The position numbers and the translations under genes are program-made. Source: an uncultured bacterium (GTDB lineage: Bacteria; Planctomycetota; UBA1135; GCA-002686595). Taken from it: 64,000 nt of DNA. The notes under the pieces were generated by a model. That model was not told where the DNA came from. It made no database searches and was given only the letters and a program-made list of their open reading frames with translations. The stretch is from the NCBI GenBank assembly GCA_943787795.1, contig CALSNU010000001.1:352001-416000 (forward strand), read 5' to 3'. Positions 60,971 to 64,000 of this stretch are shown here, piece by piece (position 1 is the stretch's first letter; each line of letters starts with the position of its first letter).

Positions 60971-63037
60971 TCAGGCCTTCGATGCCTTGATGAGGAGGCC
61001 TAACCCGCCGACCACGAGGGCCTCCGAGCCAGGGGGGAGAACGGTCGTGCCCGAGTACTCCTCGATAATCGCCGGCCCCGTCACCCGGTTGCCCTCGGTC
61101 AGCCTGGCGCGCTCGTGGACGTCAACGGTCATGTGCTCCCCGCTGAAGACCACCGACCGTCGCCCGGCGGGCTCCGGCGTCGAGCCCGAGGCGACAGGGC
61201 TCGAGGGCTTGGGGCCGCGGCCCAGCACCTCCGTGGCCCGCAGGCGGACGTGGACCAGCTGCACCTCGTGATCCTCGAGGGTCCAGCCGAAACGAGCCTG
61301 GTGAGCGCGGTGGAAGGCACCCTCGGGGTCCTCGCAGTCGGGGATCGAGAGCTCGTAGGACTGACCTCGATAGCGGACGGAGAGGCTGGCCTCATGGCGG
61401 GGGGGCCGCTCGAGGAGGTCGCCGTCGGCGAGGGCGGCGTGGGCCTGGTGTCGGAGGTCCTCAATCAGCGCGGCTCGCTGGTCAGGCGACACCTCGCGGA
61501 GGGGCCGGAGGACCGAGGCGGAGCGGTCCACGGATCGCTGCGCCTCGGTCATCCCGTGGGCAGAGAGGACGCCGGGGGAGGCTGGAATGAGCGCTGAGGG
61601 CATGCCGAGACCCCGCGCGAGGTCTGCAGCGGCCAGCCCGCCTCCGCCCCCGAAGGCGACCAGGGGGGTCGAGCGCGGGTCCCGGCCGCGCTGCATGGTC
61701 ATCACGCCGAGGGCGCGGCGCATGGAGGCGTTGGCCGCGTCGATGACGGCCTCGGCCGCTCGGACGCGGTCCACCCCGAGGGCGGCCCCGAGGCGATCGT
61801 AGGCGCCCATGGCCGCGTCGATGTCAAGCTCGAGGGATCCCCCGAGGAAGCCACCCTCTGCGGTCCTGGGGGCGATCCGGCCAAGGACCACCTGGGCGTC
61901 TGTCACGGTGGGCTGGGTGCCGCCGCGACCAAATGCGGCGGGGCCAGGGGCGGCCCCCGCGCTCTCGGGGCCCACCCTCAGGACGCCCCCTGCGTCCACC
62001 CGCGCGATGCTCCCGCCGCCGCAGCCGACCGTGTGCATGTCGAGGGTGGGGACGGCGATGGAGTGGCCGGCGACCCGCACCTCCTCTGCCAATCCGGACA
62101 GCGCGGCGCCGGGGGAGTGGAAGGCGACGTCCGTGCTGGTGCCGCCCATGTCGAGGGTGGCGATCGCGTCCAGTCCGGCGGCCGCGGCAGCGCGCGCCGC
62201 CCCGACCACCCCGCCAGCTGGCCCGGACAGGAGGACCCGAACGGGCTCGCTGGCCGCGCGGGACGCCGAGAGGCCACCGCCGGAGCTCTGGAGCACCTCG
62301 AGCCGCGCCTCGGGCAGCGCCCCGTCGAGCCGCTCGAGGTAGGAGCGCACCACGGGGATCAGCACAGCATTGCAGGCGGCCGTCGAGAAGCGCTCGGCCT
62401 CTCGGTACTCCGCGATGAGCCCTGAGGACGTCGTGCACTCGAGCCCTCTTGCCCTGAGGGCGCAGGCGACGCGCTCCTCCGGCTCCGGGTCCGCGTAGCT
62501 GTGCAGCAGGCAGATGGCGACGCTCTGGACGCCGGACGCCACCACGCGGTCGCAGAGGTCAGTCAGCTCCTGCTCGGTGGGGCACACCGCTTGCTCCACC
62601 GCCCCTCCGGGCCCGGGTGAGGGCCAGCTTCGCTGGCGGAGCCCGAATCGTCGGTGTCGAGGGATGAGCGCGGCCGGGCGCTGGGGCTCCATGGCGTAGA
62701 GATCTGGCCGAGCCTGGCGGTCGATCTCCACGAGGTCCTCGAAGCCCTCGTTGGTGACGAGGGCGGCGTCTCCTGTCCTGCCGGTCAGGAGCGCATTCAG
62801 GGCGACGGTCGTACCGTGCACGATGGTCGCCCCTGGGGCGTTCGGGATGCCAAGCTGCCGCAGGCCCTCGAGGAGGGCCTCTCCGGGGTCCTCCGGAGTG
62901 GAGGCGACCTTGGCGATGCGTACGGGCTCCCCGGGCACCGCCAGGACCAGGTCCGTGAACGTCCCGCCGGTGTCGACACCCACGCGGGTGCCCTGGGGCA
63001 GAGGGTCGGAGGCGTGGTTCATGGGGGGCTCGGCCAT
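60971..63037 (-). CDS. Hydantoinase/oxoprolinase A subunit (ATP-dependent)
   Basis: GVDTGGTFTD, HGTTVALNA, SGPAGG, DMGGTSTD, GPESAGA.PGP, PTVTDA, RYRGQSYEL. Confidence 0.93.
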   Translation of the reverse strand: MAEPPMNHASDPLPQGTRVGVDTGGTFTDLVLAVPGEPVRIAKVASTPEDPGEALLEGLRQLGIPNAPGATIVHGTTVALNALLTGRTGDAALVTNEGFEDLVEIDRQARPDLYAMEPQRPAALIPRHRRFGLRQRSWPSPGPGGAVEQAVCPTEQELTDLCDRVVASGVQSVAICLLHSYADPEPEERVACALRARGLECTTSSGLIAEYREAERFSTAACNAVLIPVVRSYLERLDGALPEARLEVLQSSGGGLSASRAASEPVRVLLSGPAGGVVGAARAAAAAGLDAIATLDMGGTSTDVAFHSPGAALSGLAEEVRVAGHSIAVPTLDMHTVGCGGGSIARVDAGGVLRVGPESAGAAPGPAAFGRGGTQPTVTDAQVVLGRIAPRTAEGGFLGGSLELDIDAAMGAYDRLGAALGVDRVRAAEAVIDAANASMRRALGVMTMQRGRDPRSTPLVAFGGGGGLAAADLARGLGMPSALIPASPGVLSAHGMTEAQRSVDRSASVLRPLREVSPDQRAALIEDLRHQAHAALADGDLLERPPRHEASLSVRYRGQSYELSIPDCEDPEGAFHRAHQARFGWTLEDHEVQLVHVRLRATEVLGRGPKPSSPVASGSTPEPAGRRSVVFSGEHMTVDVHERARLTEGNRVTGPAIIEEYSGTTVLPPGSEALVVGGLGLLIKASKA

Positions 63038-63117
63038 GGGATCGAGACACGAGTGTACGCGCGGACGGGGGCGCGAATAACATGGCTGCCCCGCGTATCC
63101 CGCTCCGCCCCCCTTCC

Positions 63118-63768
63118 ATGCTCGCGCCCGCCCTCGCCATCCTCGCGTCCTACCTGTTGGGATCTGTTCCCTTCGGCCTTGTCATGGCGCGGGTCATCAA
63201 GGGCGTGGACCTGCGGGAGGTTGGCAGCGGCAACATCGGCGCGACCAACGCCATGCGCGTGCTGGGCAAGCCACTGGGTCTTGTGGCGTTCCTGCTGGAC
63301 TTCGGCAAGGGCCTCGTCCCCACCCTGCTCCTCGCGCCGCACGCCGCCGCGCTGAACGAGACCGCGCCGTCGCTCGCCGCGGCCCTCTGCGGAACCGCGG
63401 CTGTGGTGGGCCACTGCTTCCCGCTCTACCTCAGATTCAAGGGCGGCAAGGGCGTCGCGACGGGCTGCGGGGCGATCGTCGGGGTGGACCCGTGGATCTT
63501 CGTGCTCTCGGGGCTGGTGTGGTTGGCGTGCCTCGTCACGACCCGCTACGTGGGGCTCGCGTCCATCGCCATGGGGCTCGCCTTCCCGGTGGTCGCGGCC
63601 ATCCGCCTGGAGGACGCGGGCGCCTTTGTGTTCGCGTGCGGACTGCTCTCCCTGCTCGTTGTCGTTCGCCACCGCTCGAACATCAGGCGGATGCTCGCTG
63701 GAACCGAACCGCGCATGGGCCAGAAGGGGAGCGGGCCCCCTGCCCCTGAGAAGGACACCAAACCATGA
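63118..63768 (+). CDS. plsY: Glycerol-3-phosphate acyltransferase
   Basis: YLLGSVPFG, GSGNIGATN, GHCFP..L.FKGGKGVAT, RHRSNIRR. Confidence 0.95.
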   Translation: MLAPALAILASYLLGSVPFGLVMARVIKGVDLREVGSGNIGATNAMRVLGKPLGLVAFLLDFGKGLVPTLLLAPHAAALNETAPSLAAALCGTAAVVGHCFPLYLRFKGGKGVATGCGAIVGVDPWIFVLSGLVWLACLVTTRYVGLASIAMGLAFPVVAAIRLEDAGAFVFACGLLSLLVVVRHRSNIRRMLAGTEPRMGQKGSGPPAPEKDTKP

Positions 63769-64000
63769 CTGAACCGACCGCCGACACCGTGAAGAAGGCC
63801 CTTGTCATCGGCGACGGCTCCTGGGGCACCACCCTCGCTCTGCGCCTCGCGAAGAACGGGATCGACACCGTCCTCTGGAGCGCCTTTCCCGAGCAGGCCG
63901 CGGCGATGACCGCTGCGGGCTCGAACGAGGCTTACTTGCCCGGAGTTCCCTTCCCCTCCAATCTCGTCGCCAGCGCCGATCCGTTCGGCGCCGCGGAGGG
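63765..64000 (+). CDS. gpsA: NAD(P)H-dependent glycerol-3-phosphate dehydrogenase (5' part, runs off the window)
   Basis: MTEPTADTVKKALVIGDGSWGTTLA...N..YLPG; ATGA overlap with the plsY stop. Confidence 0.88.
   Translation, partial: MTEPTADTVKKALVIGDGSWGTTLALRLAKNGIDTVLWSAFPEQAAAMTAAGSNEAYLPGVPFPSNLVASADPFGAAE

Overview
This is a high-GC bacterial chromosomal segment. The gene style (TPR-containing Ser/Thr kinase, sulfatase-like protein, secreted proteins with a Cys-containing C-terminal tail) suggests a deep-branching Planctomycetota lineage; this is inference, not a search result. The right third is mostly housekeeping: ispD/ispF, ruvC, MinD/FlhG ATPase, nadC, purB, DHH phosphoesterase, thiD, tRNA-Gly(GCC), PhzF, hydantoinase A, plsY and a partial gpsA. 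The left and centre are accessory and envelope genes: a DEDDh exonuclease-WYL fusion, kinase, sulfatase-like protein, atypical response regulator, M14 carboxypeptidase, large secreted proteins, a wzc/wecA/wza/O-antigen-ligase module, two hybrid histidine kinases flanking a cysteine-hydrolase-like gene, and a tandem pair of B12-dependent radical SAM paralogues. Main observations: (1) three secreted proteins with different passenger regions end in the same ~130-140 aa C-terminal domain, a candidate sorting or surface-anchoring signal, and their genes bracket the polysaccharide export/ligase module; (2) the tandem class B radical SAM pair; (3) a NadC-anti-sigma/HATPase fusion; (4) a cysteine hydrolase lacking its catalytic Asp inside a kinase operon; (5) many short 11-21 bp tandem repeats at gene ends. 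No CRISPR array, rRNA, transposase, integrase or prophage was seen. All product calls come from motif recognition by eye.
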